Source of the DNA: Candidatus Nealsonbacteria bacterium
GTDB lineage: Bacteria; Patescibacteriota; Minisyncoccia; Minisyncoccales; JANBVM01
Length of the DNA stretch: 64,000 nucleotides
Assembly (NCBI GenBank): GCA_047456295.1
Contig: CP179887.1
Coordinates: forward strand, 559,159-623,158
Reading direction: 5' to 3'
Shown here: positions 36,291-47,147 of the stretch, one piece after another
How positions within the stretch are numbered: the stretch's first letter is position 1
Layout of the letters: every line of letters begins with the position of its first letter
Translations under genes and position numbers: made by a program
The notes under the pieces: generated by a model
What the model was told of the DNA's origin: nothing
What the model saw: only the letters and a program-made list of their open reading frames with translations
Databases searched by the model: none

Positions 36291-36632
36291 ATGTTTATTG
36301 ATCAAAGAGGAGTTTCAATGATGTTTGCCGTTCTAATAATGAGTTTTATCTTATCTATTGCTTTGGGAATAAGCATTGTTTTAATCCGTCAGGTTAAAGT
36401 AATGAGGGAAGCTGGTTATTCAGTCGTTGCCTTTTATGCTGCCAATAGTGGAATTGAAGAGATATTATTTCTCTTTAATCCAGATGGTATACCTGAGACT
36501 GCATTAAACGGAGCAAAGTATGAGGTTTCTGTCAATGCCAGTACTACCCCGGGTTGCAATGCGCCAAATTGGTGCATAACATCAACTGGTAGCTATAAAG
36601 ACACAAGACGGGCTATTGAAATAAGATATTAG
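36291..36632 (+). CDS. PilX-like small pilus-associated protein
   Basis: N-terminal hydrophobic helix (MMFAVLIMSFILSIALGISIVL) without a G/FTLxE site. Last gene of the minor-pilin run. Confidence 0.45.
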   Translation: MFIDQRGVSMMFAVLIMSFILSIALGISIVLIRQVKVMREAGYSVVAFYAANSGIEEILFLFNPDGIPETALNGAKYEVSVNASTTPGCNAPNWCITSTGSYKDTRRAIEIRY

Positions 36633-36708
36633 AAGATTACTCCTTTATTTTGCATAAGAATCTTGCCTCTCTGGCAGGACCTTGATTTTGCTTTAACCCT
36701 GATTTGAA

Positions 36709-38760
36709 ATGACCAAAGCAGAGATTAAAAAAAGAATTGAGAAATTAAAAAAGGTGATAAATCATCACCGTTATTTATATCACGTATTAAACAGACAAGA
36801 GATTTCTGACGCTGCTTTGGATTCCTTAAAACATGAGCTTTACAAATTGGAACAGCAATTTCCAGAGTTTATCACCCCTGACTCTCCCACCCAGAGGGTG
36901 GCTGGCAAACCTTTGAAGGGTTTTAAAAAGGTAAAACACAAAATCCCCATGCTTTCCATAGAAGATGTCTTTTCTGAAAAAGAACTCCAGGATTGGGAGA
37001 ATTACTTGAAAAGACTGATTCCTTCTCAAGGATTTGAATATTTCCTTGAATTAAAGATAGATGGATTTGCCGTTACCCTGGTTTATAAAAAAGGTATTTT
37101 GGAGCACGGTGCTACCCGGGGAAACGGCTGGCTGGGAGAGGATGTCACTCAAAACCTTAAAACAATTGAAAGTATTCCTTTACAATTAGAGATTCACTCT
37201 TCTTTTACACCTGGTATCAAGCTTTCAAAAGAGATTGAGGAGAATTTAAGGAAATTGATTAAGGGAGGAATAATTGAGGTGCGAGGCGAGGTTTATATGG
37301 AAAAAAAGGAGTTTGCGAGGTTGAATAAAGAAATGGCAAAGAGAGGAGAAAAAACCTTTGCCAATCCCAGGAATCTGGCAGCAGGCTCAATCCGTCAATT
37401 AAATCCGAACTTGGCTGCTTCCCGGCCCTTGAAGTTTTTTGCTTATGATATTGTTACTGACCTGGGTCAAAAGACACACTCCCAGGTTCACCAGATTTTA
37501 TTTAGTCTGGGGTTTAAAACAGACAGAGGGAAAGAATGCAAAGATTTGGAAGAAATCGTAGCATATTGGAAAGACAGGACTAAAAAAAGAGAGGCTTTTC
37601 CTTTTAAAATTGACGGAGTGGTAGTGAGCGTCAACAATAATGTAGCTTTTAAGAAATTGGGGGTGGTGGGAAAGAGTCCAAGAGGGATAAGGGCCTTTAA
37701 ATTTTCACCCAAGGAAGCAACCACCATTATTGAGGATATAAAATTACAGGTGGGAAGAACCGGAGCTGTAACCCCTGTTGCTGTTTTAAAACCAGTAGAA
37801 ATCGATGGTGTGACCATATCCCGTGCCACCTTACATAATATTGATGAAATAAAAAAATTGGGAGTGAAAATTAAAGATACGGTTTCTGTGGTAAGGGCAG
37901 GAGACGTAATACCTGCTGTAAGCAGGGTTTTTCCCGAATTGAGAACCGGAAGGGAAAGGAAATTTGAGATGCCAGAGACCTGTCCTTCTTGCGGAACAAA
38001 ATTAATAAAACCTAAAGGCGAGGTTATCTTGCGCTGTCCCAACCCTAAGTGTTTTGCCAGAAGAAAGAAATATTTTTATTATTTTATTTCAAAAGGAGGC
38101 TTTGACATTGTGGGCTTGGGTCCCAAGATTATTGATAGGTTGATTGATGAAGGTTTGGTTTCTGACCCAGCTGATTTGTTTAATTTAAAAGAGGGTGATA
38201 TTTTACCTCTGGAGAGGTTTGCTGAGAAATCAACTCAAAATTTAATTAAAGCCATACAATCAAAAAAGAAGATTACTCTGTCTAAATTTATTTATGTCTT
38301 GGGGATTCGAAACATTGGAGAGGAAACAGCTTATCTTTTAGCTGAACATTTTGGTTCTTTGCAAAATTTAAAAAGAGCTTCTCTTTCTGAATTAAAGGAA
38401 ATCAGGGACATCGGTCCTGTGGTGGCTCGTTCAATCTACGAATTCTTTCAAGAAAAAAGAAACCTGAAATTCATTGAAAAATTAAAAAAGGCAGGAGTAA
38501 TAATAGAGGGTTTAAATTCTACTGTTCGGAGTTCAAGATTAAAAGGATTAACCTTTGTTTTAACAGGTACCCTGGAAACAATGACGCGAAAACAAGCCAA
38601 AGACAACATCCGGCTTTTGAGTGGGGAGATATCTGAGTCAGTTTCAAAGAACACAGACTATTTAGTGGTTGGTAAAGAGCCTGGTTCAAAGCTAGAAAAA
38701 GCAAAAAAACTGGGCATAGAAGCAATAAAAGAAGAAGAGTTTTTAAAGATGGTAAAATAG
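36709..38760 (+). CDS. ligA: NAD-dependent DNA ligase
   Basis: Adenylation motif ELKIDG, Zn finger CPSCGTKL...CPNPKC, HhH region and C-terminal BRCT (FVLTGTL). Confidence 0.95.
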   Translation: MTKAEIKKRIEKLKKVINHHRYLYHVLNRQEISDAALDSLKHELYKLEQQFPEFITPDSPTQRVAGKPLKGFKKVKHKIPMLSIEDVFSEKELQDWENYLKRLIPSQGFEYFLELKIDGFAVTLVYKKGILEHGATRGNGWLGEDVTQNLKTIESIPLQLEIHSSFTPGIKLSKEIEENLRKLIKGGIIEVRGEVYMEKKEFARLNKEMAKRGEKTFANPRNLAAGSIRQLNPNLAASRPLKFFAYDIVTDLGQKTHSQVHQILFSLGFKTDRGKECKDLEEIVAYWKDRTKKREAFPFKIDGVVVSVNNNVAFKKLGVVGKSPRGIRAFKFSPKEATTIIEDIKLQVGRTGAVTPVAVLKPVEIDGVTISRATLHNIDEIKKLGVKIKDTVSVVRAGDVIPAVSRVFPELRTGRERKFEMPETCPSCGTKLIKPKGEVILRCPNPKCFARRKKYFYYFISKGGFDIVGLGPKIIDRLIDEGLVSDPADLFNLKEGDILPLERFAEKSTQNLIKAIQSKKKITLSKFIYVLGIRNIGEETAYLLAEHFGSLQNLKRASLSELKEIRDIGPVVARSIYEFFQEKRNLKFIEKLKKAGVIIEGLNSTVRSSRLKGLTFVLTGTLETMTRKQAKDNIRLLSGEISESVSKNTDYLVVGKEPGSKLEKAKKLGIEAIKEEEFLKMVK

Positions 38761-38797
38761 AAACTTTGTTTTTTTAATATTAAAATATATAAGAATA

Positions 38798-39922
38798 ATG
38801 AAAAATCTTTGGTTGTATTTTAAAAAACTTGATTGGTTTTTAATTGTTATCGTGCTGTTGCTGGCCGGGATGGGGATTTTATCTATTTATAGTTCTTCAA
38901 TCAGCAGGAAGGATTTTTTGAACTTTAAAAAACAACTCATATTTTTGGGTGTAGGACTTTTTTTAATGTTTACGCTTAGCTTCTTTGACTGGCGTTTGCT
39001 TCGAGAAGACCCTCATTTAATTTTAATCCTTTACTTTCTTTGCATTGTCATGTTATTAGGATTGTTGTTTTTCGCTCCGGAAATCAGAGGAGTTAAGTCC
39101 TGGTATAAAATAGGCTTTGTCTCTTTTGAGCCAATAGAATTTACAAAGATTGTTTTAATTATTTTATTGGCAAAATACTTTTCAATGAGACATATTGAGA
39201 TGTATCGAGTAATCCACATTTTGATTTCAGGTCTTTATGTTTTTTTCCCTTGTCTGCTGATTTTCCTTCAGCCTGATCTGGGTTCGGTTTTGATTTTAAT
39301 AAGCTTGTGGATAGGAATTCTGATCATTTCAGGAATTAAATTGCGTCATTTTTTGATTTTGCTTTTATGCGGTTTTTTGGTTTTATTATTAAGCTGGTCA
39401 ACAATATTAAAAGAATATCAAAGAGAAAGATTATTAAGTTTTATTAAACCTCAGGTATCGGATGCTCTTAAAACAGGGTGGAGTTTGCGACAGGCAAAGA
39501 TTGCTATTGGTTCAGGAGGAGTCTTTGGGCAGGGAATAGGAAAGGGTTCTCAGACCCAATATGGTTTTTTATCTGAACCCCAGACTGATTTTATTTTCTC
39601 TGCTATTGCCGAAGATACAGGATTGATAGGTGTTGGAATCTTGTTTTTTCTTTTCATGCTTTTAATTTGGCGAATTTCTAGGATTGCCATTGGAAGTAGA
39701 TCAAATTTTTCTCGTCTTTTTGCTTCAGGTCTGGGTGTTCTTTTAGTTTCTCAGACCTTTATCCATGTTGGCATGAATCTTGGCATTCTTCCTATAGTTG
39801 GAATTTCTCTACCTTTGGTAAGCTATGGTGGTTCTGGTTTGATATCTATTTTTATTGGATTAGGAATTTTGCAAAGTATTTATTCTCAATCCCCTAAGGC
39901 AACTTCAGCAGGGGTTTCCTAA
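38798..39922 (+). CDS. SEDS-family peptidoglycan polymerase (FtsW/RodA)
   Basis: 10-TM pattern with the motifs QPDLGS, SEPQTDFIFS and LPLVSYGGS. Confidence 0.85.
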   Translation: MKNLWLYFKKLDWFLIVIVLLLAGMGILSIYSSSISRKDFLNFKKQLIFLGVGLFLMFTLSFFDWRLLREDPHLILILYFLCIVMLLGLLFFAPEIRGVKSWYKIGFVSFEPIEFTKIVLIILLAKYFSMRHIEMYRVIHILISGLYVFFPCLLIFLQPDLGSVLILISLWIGILIISGIKLRHFLILLLCGFLVLLLSWSTILKEYQRERLLSFIKPQVSDALKTGWSLRQAKIAIGSGGVFGQGIGKGSQTQYGFLSEPQTDFIFSAIAEDTGLIGVGILFFLFMLLIWRISRIAIGSRSNFSRLFASGLGVLLVSQTFIHVGMNLGILPIVGISLPLVSYGGSGLISIFIGLGILQSIYSQSPKATSAGVS

Positions 39923-39957
39923 AAAACAGTAAAAACCTGCCTTTTCCCAGCTTCAGC

Positions 39958-39986
39958 TTGACATTTTTAAAACAAAAGAATAAAAT
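39958..39986 (+). promoter_or_regulatory. sigma70-type promoter upstream of rpoB
   Basis: -35 TTGACA (39958-39963), a 17-nt spacer, -10 TAAAAT (39981-39986). Confidence 0.5.
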
Positions 39987-40081
39987 AAGATTACCAGTTT
40001 CGAGATTATTTATACATTGAGATTCGCTATCAATGATTAATTTTACTTTGACTTTTTTATCTTAAAACTTAATAAAAATTC

Positions 40082-40105
40082 GCCCTAATAGTTTAGGGTC
40101 TTTTT
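40082..40105 (+). terminator. terminator-like hairpin in the rpoB leader (possible attenuator)
   Basis: GCCCTAA-TAGT-TTAGGGT (7 bp, one G-U) followed by CTTTTT. Lies 60 nt upstream of the rpoB ATG. Confidence 0.4.
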
Positions 40106-40164
40106 GCTATCATTCCTCCTAATTTATTGATACTAAGTATCGATAAAATTAAGTTTATATAATT

Positions 40165-43100
40165 ATGAAGGGAATAAAAACAAAAAATTTTGGGAGAGTG
40201 AAAACCTCTTTAGTCTTGCCTTATCTATTGACCTTACAAAAAGATAGTTGGAAAAATTTTTGGGAAAGAGATTTAAAAGAATTATTTGAAGAAATATCTC
40301 CTATCAGAAACTATACCAAAAAAGAGCTGGAGCTCTGGTTTTTGGATTATAAGTTAGGTAAACCCACATATAAATCAGACCTTGAGGCAAAAAAGAACAA
40401 TGCTTCATATGAAGCTCCCTTAACCACAACAGTAAGGCTTGTTAATCTAAAAACCAAAGAGATAAAGGAACAGGAAGTATATTTATGTGATTTCCCCTTA
40501 CAGACTGAAAGGGGAACTTTTATTGTTAATGGAGTAGAAAGGGTGGTTATCTCTCAGTTAATCCGCTCACCAGGGGCATTCTTTACTGTAAAAAAAACCA
40601 CAGGAAAGGATTACTTTGGGGCAAAGATTATTCCCAACAGAGGATCCTGGCTGGAGTTTGAAACAGATTCTTCAGGAGCAATAGGAGTGAAGATTGATAG
40701 AAAAAGAAAGGTGCCTGCCACCACTATTTTAAGAATGTTTGGTATTGCCAATGACTTGGATATTAAAGAAAAGTTTGAAGATGTAAATAAAGGAAAGATA
40801 GATTTTATTGAGGAAACCCTAAAAAAGGATTCCACCCATAATCAGTCTGAAGCCTTGGTAGAGGTTTATCAAAGATTGAGACCAGGAGACATGGTCAGCC
40901 CCGATACTGCCAGGGAGTTAATAGAGAATATGTTTTTCAATTTTGAAAGATATGATTTATCAAAGGTGGGAAGATGGAGGATGTGGTCTAGGTTGCCTGA
41001 ACTGAGAACTAAAAAAGGTTCTTTGAAAGCAAAGAGTAAAAAGCAGAAATTGGATAAAAAGATAACAACATCAGACAGGGTTTTAAAACCAGAAGACGTG
41101 ATAGCAGTATTAAGGGAAATTATCCGTTTGAATAATGACCCTCAGGCAAAACCTGACCAGATTGATCATCTGGGAAACAGAAGGGTAAGGGCGTTCACAG
41201 AATTATTGATTAACAGATTGAGGGTAGGATTTATGAGAACGGAAAGGATTATTAAAGACAGAATGTCAACCTTAGATGTTCATACCCTGACCCCTTCCCA
41301 GCTGATTAATCCCAAACCAGTAATGGTGATAGTAAAGCAGTTCTTTATTTCAAGCCAGATGTCCCAATTCATGGATAACCAAAATCCTTTAGCTGAACTG
41401 GAACACAAAAGGAGGTTAGCTGCTACCGGTCCTGGTGGTTTAACAAGAGAAAGAGCTGGTTTTGAGGTTAGAGATGTCCAGCCTTCTCATTATGGTAGAA
41501 TCTGTCCCATTCAAACACCAGAAGGGCCCAATATTGGTTTGGTGGTTCACTTATCATCTTATGCCAGAGTCAATCCCTATGGTTTTTTAGAGAGTCCTTA
41601 TTTTAAAGTTGAAAAAGGAAGAGTATTACCTGATGCCCAATATTTTGGTGCTTATGAGGAGGAAAAATACAATATTGCTTCAGGAGGAATCCCCTTAGAT
41701 AAAAAAGGCAAGATTATACCTCAAAAGGTTGAGGCCAGGTTAAAGGGAAAACCAGACATAGTTGATAGAAATGAAGTTGATTTGATTGATGTTTCCCCGG
41801 AACAATCAATTTCTATTGCTACTTCCTTGATTCCTTTTTTACAAAATGACGATGCCACCAGGGCCTTAATGGGATCAAATATGCAAAGGCAGTCAGTTCC
41901 TCTCATTCAACCAGCTCCTCCTTTAGTGATGACAGGATTGGAAAAAAGAGTGGCCAAGGATTCCGGACAGACAGTTGTCAATAAAGAAAACGGAAAGGTT
42001 ATTGAGGTTGATGCCAGCCATATTAAGGTTAAGAGCTCCAAATCCAGGGTGAAAAATTATGATCTGAAGACATTTGTTAGAACAAATCAATACACCTGTT
42101 TTCATCAAAAACCAGTGGTCAAGAAGGGTCAGCAGGTTAAGAAAGGAGATCTCTTAACCGACGGTGGAGCAATTGTAAAAGGACATTTAGCCTTAGGTCA
42201 AAATATTTTAGTTGCTTTTATTCCTTGGAGAGGAGGAAATTTTGAGGATGCTGTTTTAATTTCTGAGAGATTGGTAAAAGACGACGTCTATACCTCAATC
42301 CATATAGAGAGCTTTAACTGCGATGTTCGAGAAACCAAGCTGGGACCTGAACTAACAACCAGTGATATCCCCAATGTTTCTGAAGAAAAACTGAAGGATT
42401 TGGATGAAGAAGGAATCATCAGGATTGGGGCTGAGATAGGACCAAATGATATTCTGGTCGGGAAGATTTCACCCAAAGGAAAAGAAGAATTAACCTCTGA
42501 AGAAAGACTGTTAAGGGCAATCTTCGGAGAAAAAGCAAAAGAAGTGAAAGATACTTCCTTGAGAATGGAATATGGAAAAAGAGGAAGAGTGATAGAGATA
42601 AAGGTTTTCTCCAGGGACTTGGGATACAAACTTGAGCCTGGGGTAATAAAGAAAATTGAAGTTGAGATAGCCCATATCAGAAAGATTCAAGCTGGAGATA
42701 AATTAGCAGGCCGGCATGGAAACAAAGGAGTAATTTCCAAGGTGTTATCAGTGGAAGAAATGCCTTTCCTGGCAGATGGAACACCAGTAGACATAATTAT
42801 TAATCCCTTAAGCGTGGTTTCAAGGATGAATCTGGGGCAGGTGTTAGAAACCCATTTAGGTTGGGCAGCCAAAAAACTGGGATATTATGCTATTACTCCA
42901 GCTTTGTCTGGAGCAAACGAGGAAGATATAAAAAAAGAACTGAAGGAAGCAGGGTTATCTGAAGACGGAAAGATTCAACTCTTTGACGGCAGAACAGGAT
43001 TTCCCTTTCCGGAAAATATCACCGTGGGATTCATATATATGATGAAATTAATTCATATGGTTGAAGATAAAATTCATATGCGTTCTATTGGACCTTATTC

Positions 43101-43380
43101 TTTAATTACCCAACAGCCCCTGGGGGGAAAAGCCCAATTCGGCGGACAGAGATTTGGAGAAATGGAAGTCTGGGCTTTGGAAGGATATGGAGTTTCTCAT
43201 GTCTTGCAGGAAATGCTGACCATAAAATCTGATGATGTTCCAGGAAGAGCAGCCACCTATGAATCAATATTGAAAGGAGAACCAATAAAGGATCCTAATA
43301 TTCCAGCATCCTTTAATCTGTTGGTTAATGAATTAAAAGCATTAGGACTGAGTGTTGAGATAAAGGAAAAAGAAAAGTAA
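40165..43380 (+). CDS. rpoB: DNA-directed RNA polymerase beta subunit
   Basis: Unmistakable conserved blocks (GTFIVNGVERVV, NMQRQSVPL, GRHGNKGVISK, GGQRFGEMEVWALE). Confidence 0.98.
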   Translation: MKGIKTKNFGRVKTSLVLPYLLTLQKDSWKNFWERDLKELFEEISPIRNYTKKELELWFLDYKLGKPTYKSDLEAKKNNASYEAPLTTTVRLVNLKTKEIKEQEVYLCDFPLQTERGTFIVNGVERVVISQLIRSPGAFFTVKKTTGKDYFGAKIIPNRGSWLEFETDSSGAIGVKIDRKRKVPATTILRMFGIANDLDIKEKFEDVNKGKIDFIEETLKKDSTHNQSEALVEVYQRLRPGDMVSPDTARELIENMFFNFERYDLSKVGRWRMWSRLPELRTKKGSLKAKSKKQKLDKKITTSDRVLKPEDVIAVLREIIRLNNDPQAKPDQIDHLGNRRVRAFTELLINRLRVGFMRTERIIKDRMSTLDVHTLTPSQLINPKPVMVIVKQFFISSQMSQFMDNQNPLAELEHKRRLAATGPGGLTRERAGFEVRDVQPSHYGRICPIQTPEGPNIGLVVHLSSYARVNPYGFLESPYFKVEKGRVLPDAQYFGAYEEEKYNIASGGIPLDKKGKIIPQKVEARLKGKPDIVDRNEVDLIDVSPEQSISIATSLIPFLQNDDATRALMGSNMQRQSVPLIQPAPPLVMTGLEKRVAKDSGQTVVNKENGKVIEVDASHIKVKSSKSRVKNYDLKTFVRTNQYTCFHQKPVVKKGQQVKKGDLLTDGGAIVKGHLALGQNILVAFIPWRGGNFEDAVLISERLVKDDVYTSIHIESFNCDVRETKLGPELTTSDIPNVSEEKLKDLDEEGIIRIGAEIGPNDILVGKISPKGKEELTSEERLLRAIFGEKAKEVKDTSLRMEYGKRGRVIEIKVFSRDLGYKLEPGVIKKIEVEIAHIRKIQAGDKLAGRHGNKGVISKVLSVEEMPFLADGTPVDIIINPLSVVSRMNLGQVLETHLGWAAKKLGYYAITPALSGANEEDIKKELKEAGLSEDGKIQLFDGRTGFPFPENITVGFIYMMKLIHMVEDKIHMRSIGPYSLITQQPLGGKAQFGGQRFGEMEVWALEGYGVSHVLQEMLTIKSDDVPGRAATYESILKGEPIKDPNIPASFNLLVNELKALGLSVEIKEKEK

Positions 43381-43460
43381 GAAACAAAATAATAATGATT
43401 GGAACAATTGTTTAAATGTAGTTTTAAAATCCTGTCTTAACATTCTAAATTCTATTATTT

Positions 43461-46400
43461 ATGAAAGTAGAAAATTTACAGGCAATAAGAATAAAGATAG
43501 CCTCACCTGAGGAGATTTTATCATGGAGTCATGGTGAGGTTATTAAACCTGAAACCATAAACTATCGAACCCAAAGAGCTGAAAAGGACGGACTCTTCTG
43601 CCAGAAGATCTTTGGACCAGAAAAGGATTACCGATGTTACTGCGGTAAGTATAAAAGAATCCGTTACAAGGGTATAACCTGTGACAGATGCGGGGTAGAG
43701 ATAATAAAATCCTCTGTGAGGAGAGAGAGGATGGGGCATATTAAATTGGCAACCCCTGTTTCCCATATATGGTTTTTGAAAGGAATCCCTTCAAGGATGG
43801 GAATGGTTTTAGGCATCTCAATGCGGCAGTTAGATAGGGTTATTTATTTTTCTTCATATATTGTTACAGATGTAAATGAGAAAGCTAAAAAAACTATTTT
43901 AAAGAAGATTGAAAAGGAATATAAAGTGAAAATTAAGAGATTAAATGTTGGTGAGACAGATAAAAAAGGAAAGAAAACCAAAACCTCCAAGAAATCTTTG
44001 AAACCCAAGCTTCAAGAGCTTAAGACAGCAAGAAAGAGAGCCAAGGATGAACTTTTATCCATTAAACCCCTAACAATTTTGTCTGAGGTTGAATACCGTG
44101 ATTTTTCTTTAAAATACGGAGAAGTCTTTGAAGCAGGAACAGGAGCTGAAACCCTAAGGGTTATCTTTGAGAAGCTTAATTTAAAAAAGGAGATTGAGAA
44201 ACTAAAAAAAGAATTACAAGAGATTAGTGCCCAGAAGAGAATAAAGACCTTAAGAAGATTAAAGCTTTTTCAGGCAATGGACAAAGCAAATACCCGTCCT
44301 GAATATATGTTTTTAACGGTTTTATCTGTCCTGCCTCCTGGTTTACGGCCAATGGTTCAATTAGACGGGGGAAGATATGCTTCTTCTGATTTGAATGATT
44401 TATACCGCCGGGTGATTAATCGAAACAATAGATTGAAATATCTTTTAGAAATAGGAGCTCCAGAGGTTATTATAAGGAACGAAAAGAGAATGCTTCAGGA
44501 AGCAGTAGATTCTTTGATTGATAACGGCATGAGGAGGGGAACAACAACCAGGGCAACAACAGGTGGAAGGAGATTATTAAAATCTTTATCTGACATGCTT
44601 AAAGGTAAACAGGGCAGGTTCAGGCAGAATCTTTTAGGAAAAAGGGTTGATTATTCCGGAAGATCAGTAATAGTGGTGGGTCCTGAATTGAAGTTCAACC
44701 AGGTGGGTTTACCAAAAAAAATGGCTTTGGAGTTGTTTAAACCTTTTGTTATTAAAAAGATTTTAGAAAAGGAATTAGCTTTTAATGTGAGGGGAGCCTC
44801 TAACCTGATTGATGAGGAAATAGATGAAGTCTGGGAATGTCTGGAAGAAGTGGTTAAGCAAAAACTGATTTTACTGAATCGGGCACCAACACTGCACAGA
44901 TTGGGTATTCAGGGTTTTTATCCTACATTAATAGAAGGAGAAGCAATCAGGATTCATCCAATGGTATGTAAGGCATTTAATGCTGATTTTGACGGAGACC
45001 AGATGGCGGTTCACGTACCTTTATCTGATATATCTCAGAAAGAAACAAAAGATCGGATGTTGGCCAGTTTAAACATTCTGAAGCCATCTACAGGAATGCC
45101 TGTTGTCACCATTTATCAGGATATTGTTTTGGGCTGTTATTGGTTGACCGATATCTGGGAAAACGCAAAAGGGGAAGGGAAAATCTTTTCCAGCCCAAAT
45201 GAGGCAATCTTAGCATATGAGTTTGGACAGATAGACATAAAAGCAAAAATAAAGGTAAGAATGAAGCCTCCCAAAGGCAGAAAGTCAAAGACTAAAGGAA
45301 AGAAAATCTCTGATGGGTCAGGATTTGTTGAGACATCGGCAGGCAGGATAATATTTAAAGAGGTTTTACCAGAAGATTTTCCTTTTCAAAATAAATTAAT
45401 TAAGTTAAAGGATTTAAAAAAGATTGTGGGGGATATTACCAGAAAATATCCCAGGGGTATTATTAAAGATACCCTGGACAAAATTAAAAATCTGGGATTT
45501 GAATATTCTACCTTAGCTGGTATTAGCTGGGGAATAGATGATCTGGTGGTGCCTAAAGAGAAAAAGAGTATCCTAGACTTAGCTGGAAAAGAAGAAGCAA
45601 AAGTTGAGGATTACTTTAAAAAAGGACTCCTTACTCCAGAAGAAAGATTGGTAAAGATAATTACCATCTGGAGCAGGGCCAAGTCAGAGATAGAGAAAAA
45701 GGTTCCTGAAACCTTGCCCAAGAAAGGTTCTGTGTTCCAGATGATTGATGCAGGAGCTAAAGGCTCCTGGACCCAGTCTGTTCAGATGTGTGGAATGAAG
45801 GGCTTGGTGATAAACCCGGTAGGTGAGATTATTGAGTTACCGGTGAAGGGTTGTTATAAAGAGGGATTCAGTCCTCTTGAATATTTTATTTCCACCCATG
45901 GAGCAAGGAAAGGTACGACTGACAAGGCCTTGAGGACTTCCAGCGCAGGATATTTGACCAGAAGACTGGTTGATGTTGCTCACGGGGTGATAATTTCAGA
46001 GGAAAATTGTAAGGATAAAACAGGGATTGAGATTTCAAAAGAACATGCCAATGAGATCGGTCAGGACTTACTCCTTAAGATTGTAGGAAGGGTTAGCTTA
46101 GAAGACATAAGAGGGGTTTGCAAGAAGGGAGAAATTATTGACTGGGAAAAAGGTAAAAAGATTGTGGAAAATAAAACTGAAAAGATAAGGATTCGTTCTC
46201 CTTTGAGATGTAAAAGCATTAATGGGATTTGTCAGAAATGTTATGGTTGGGATTTAGGAGATAATCAACCTATTAAATTGGGAGAGGCAGTGGGAGTTGT
46301 AGCTGCTCAATCAATTGGTGAGCCAGGGACCCAATTGACAATGAGAACCTTTCATACCGGAGGAGTAGCTGGAGGAGGAGACATTACTTTTGGACTGCCC

Positions 46401-47117
46401 AGGATTCAGGAACTCTTTGAGGTTCGGATTCCAAAAGGAAAGGCAGTGATTTCTTTAACTGATGGAAAGGTAGAGGAAATTACTCCAGAAAAGGTAATAA
46501 AGATTAAAGCTGAAAAAACAAAGAATAAGAAAAAAGAAGAGATTTTAGAATATAAGATTCCTTTAAAATCAGCAACTTGGGTAGAGTTAGGTCAGAAGAT
46601 TAAAAAAGGACAGCAGCTCTGCGAGGGAAGCCTGGACTTAAAGAAATTGTTTAAATTAACAAACAAAGAAGAGACAAGGCGATATATCATAAAAGAAATC
46701 CAGAGAATCTATGTTTCTCAGGGAGTTCAGATCCATGATAAACATTTAGAGGTTATCATCAGACAGATGTTTTCCAGAGTAAAAATTAAGGATCCAGGAG
46801 ACGCCCCATTTGCCCCAGGTGAGATTATTGAAAGATCAAGATTCATAGAGGAAAATCTCAAATTAAAAAAAGGCAAGGCTTCATCTTCATCCAAGAAGCA
46901 GATTCTGAGATTAGCTACAGCCACCCCCCTGTTATTGGGCATCTCAAAGGTAGCCTTGACCAGTGATTCCTTTCTGTCAGCAGCTTCCTTTCAAGAAACA
47001 TCAAGGGTTTTGATTAAGGCAGCGGTTGAAGGCAAGGTAGATAGACTCCGCGGTCTCAAAGAAAATGTCATTATTGGAAAGTTGATTCCATCTGGCACAG
47101 GTTTTATTAAACAATAA
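43461..47117 (+). CDS. rpoC: DNA-directed RNA polymerase beta' subunit
   Basis: Zn-binding CYCGKY...CDRCGVE, catalytic [12 protein letters not shown], and a trigger-loop region. Confidence 0.98.
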   Translation: MKVENLQAIRIKIASPEEILSWSHGEVIKPETINYRTQRAEKDGLFCQKIFGPEKDYRCYCGKYKRIRYKGITCDRCGVEIIKSSVRRERMGHIKLATPVSHIWFLKGIPSRMGMVLGISMRQLDRVIYFSSYIVTDVNEKAKKTILKKIEKEYKVKIKRLNVGETDKKGKKTKTSKKSLKPKLQELKTARKRAKDELLSIKPLTILSEVEYRDFSLKYGEVFEAGTGAETLRVIFEKLNLKKEIEKLKKELQEISAQKRIKTLRRLKLFQAMDKANTRPEYMFLTVLSVLPPGLRPMVQLDGGRYASSDLNDLYRRVINRNNRLKYLLEIGAPEVIIRNEKRMLQEAVDSLIDNGMRRGTTTRATTGGRRLLKSLSDMLKGKQGRFRQNLLGKRVDYSGRSVIVVGPELKFNQVGLPKKMALELFKPFVIKKILEKELAFNVRGASNLIDEEIDEVWECLEEVVKQKLILLNRAPTLHRLGIQGFYPTLIEGEAIRIHPMVCKAFNADFDGDQMAVHVPLSDISQKETKDRMLASLNILKPSTGMPVVTIYQDIVLGCYWLTDIWENAKGEGKIFSSPNEAILAYEFGQIDIKAKIKVRMKPPKGRKSKTKGKKISDGSGFVETSAGRIIFKEVLPEDFPFQNKLIKLKDLKKIVGDITRKYPRGIIKDTLDKIKNLGFEYSTLAGISWGIDDLVVPKEKKSILDLAGKEEAKVEDYFKKGLLTPEERLVKIITIWSRAKSEIEKKVPETLPKKGSVFQMIDAGAKGSWTQSVQMCGMKGLVINPVGEIIELPVKGCYKEGFSPLEYFISTHGARKGTTDKALRTSSAGYLTRRLVDVAHGVIISEENCKDKTGIEISKEHANEIGQDLLLKIVGRVSLEDIRGVCKKGEIIDWEKGKKIVENKTEKIRIRSPLRCKSINGICQKCYGWDLGDNQPIKLGEAVGVVAAQSIGEPGTQLTMRTFHTGGVAGGGDITFGLPRIQELFEVRIPKGKAVISLTDGKVEEITPEKVIKIKAEKTKNKKKEEILEYKIPLKSATWVELGQKIKKGQQLCEGSLDLKKLFKLTNKEETRRYIIKEIQRIYVSQGVQIHDKHLEVIIRQMFSRVKIKDPGDAPFAPGEIIERSRFIEENLKLKKGKASSSSKKQILRLATATPLLLGISKVALTSDSFLSAASFQETSRVLIKAAVEGKVDRLRGLKENVIIGKLIPSGTGFIKQ

Positions 47118-47125
47118 TGAAAAGA

Positions 47126-47134
47126 TGGTATAAT
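47126..47134 (+). promoter_or_regulatory. extended -10 (TGGTATAAT) upstream of ftsK
   Basis: TATAAT ends 13 nt before the ATG at 47148, which implies a very short leader. Confidence 0.35.
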
Positions 47135-47147
47135 ATATCATTGGGGT

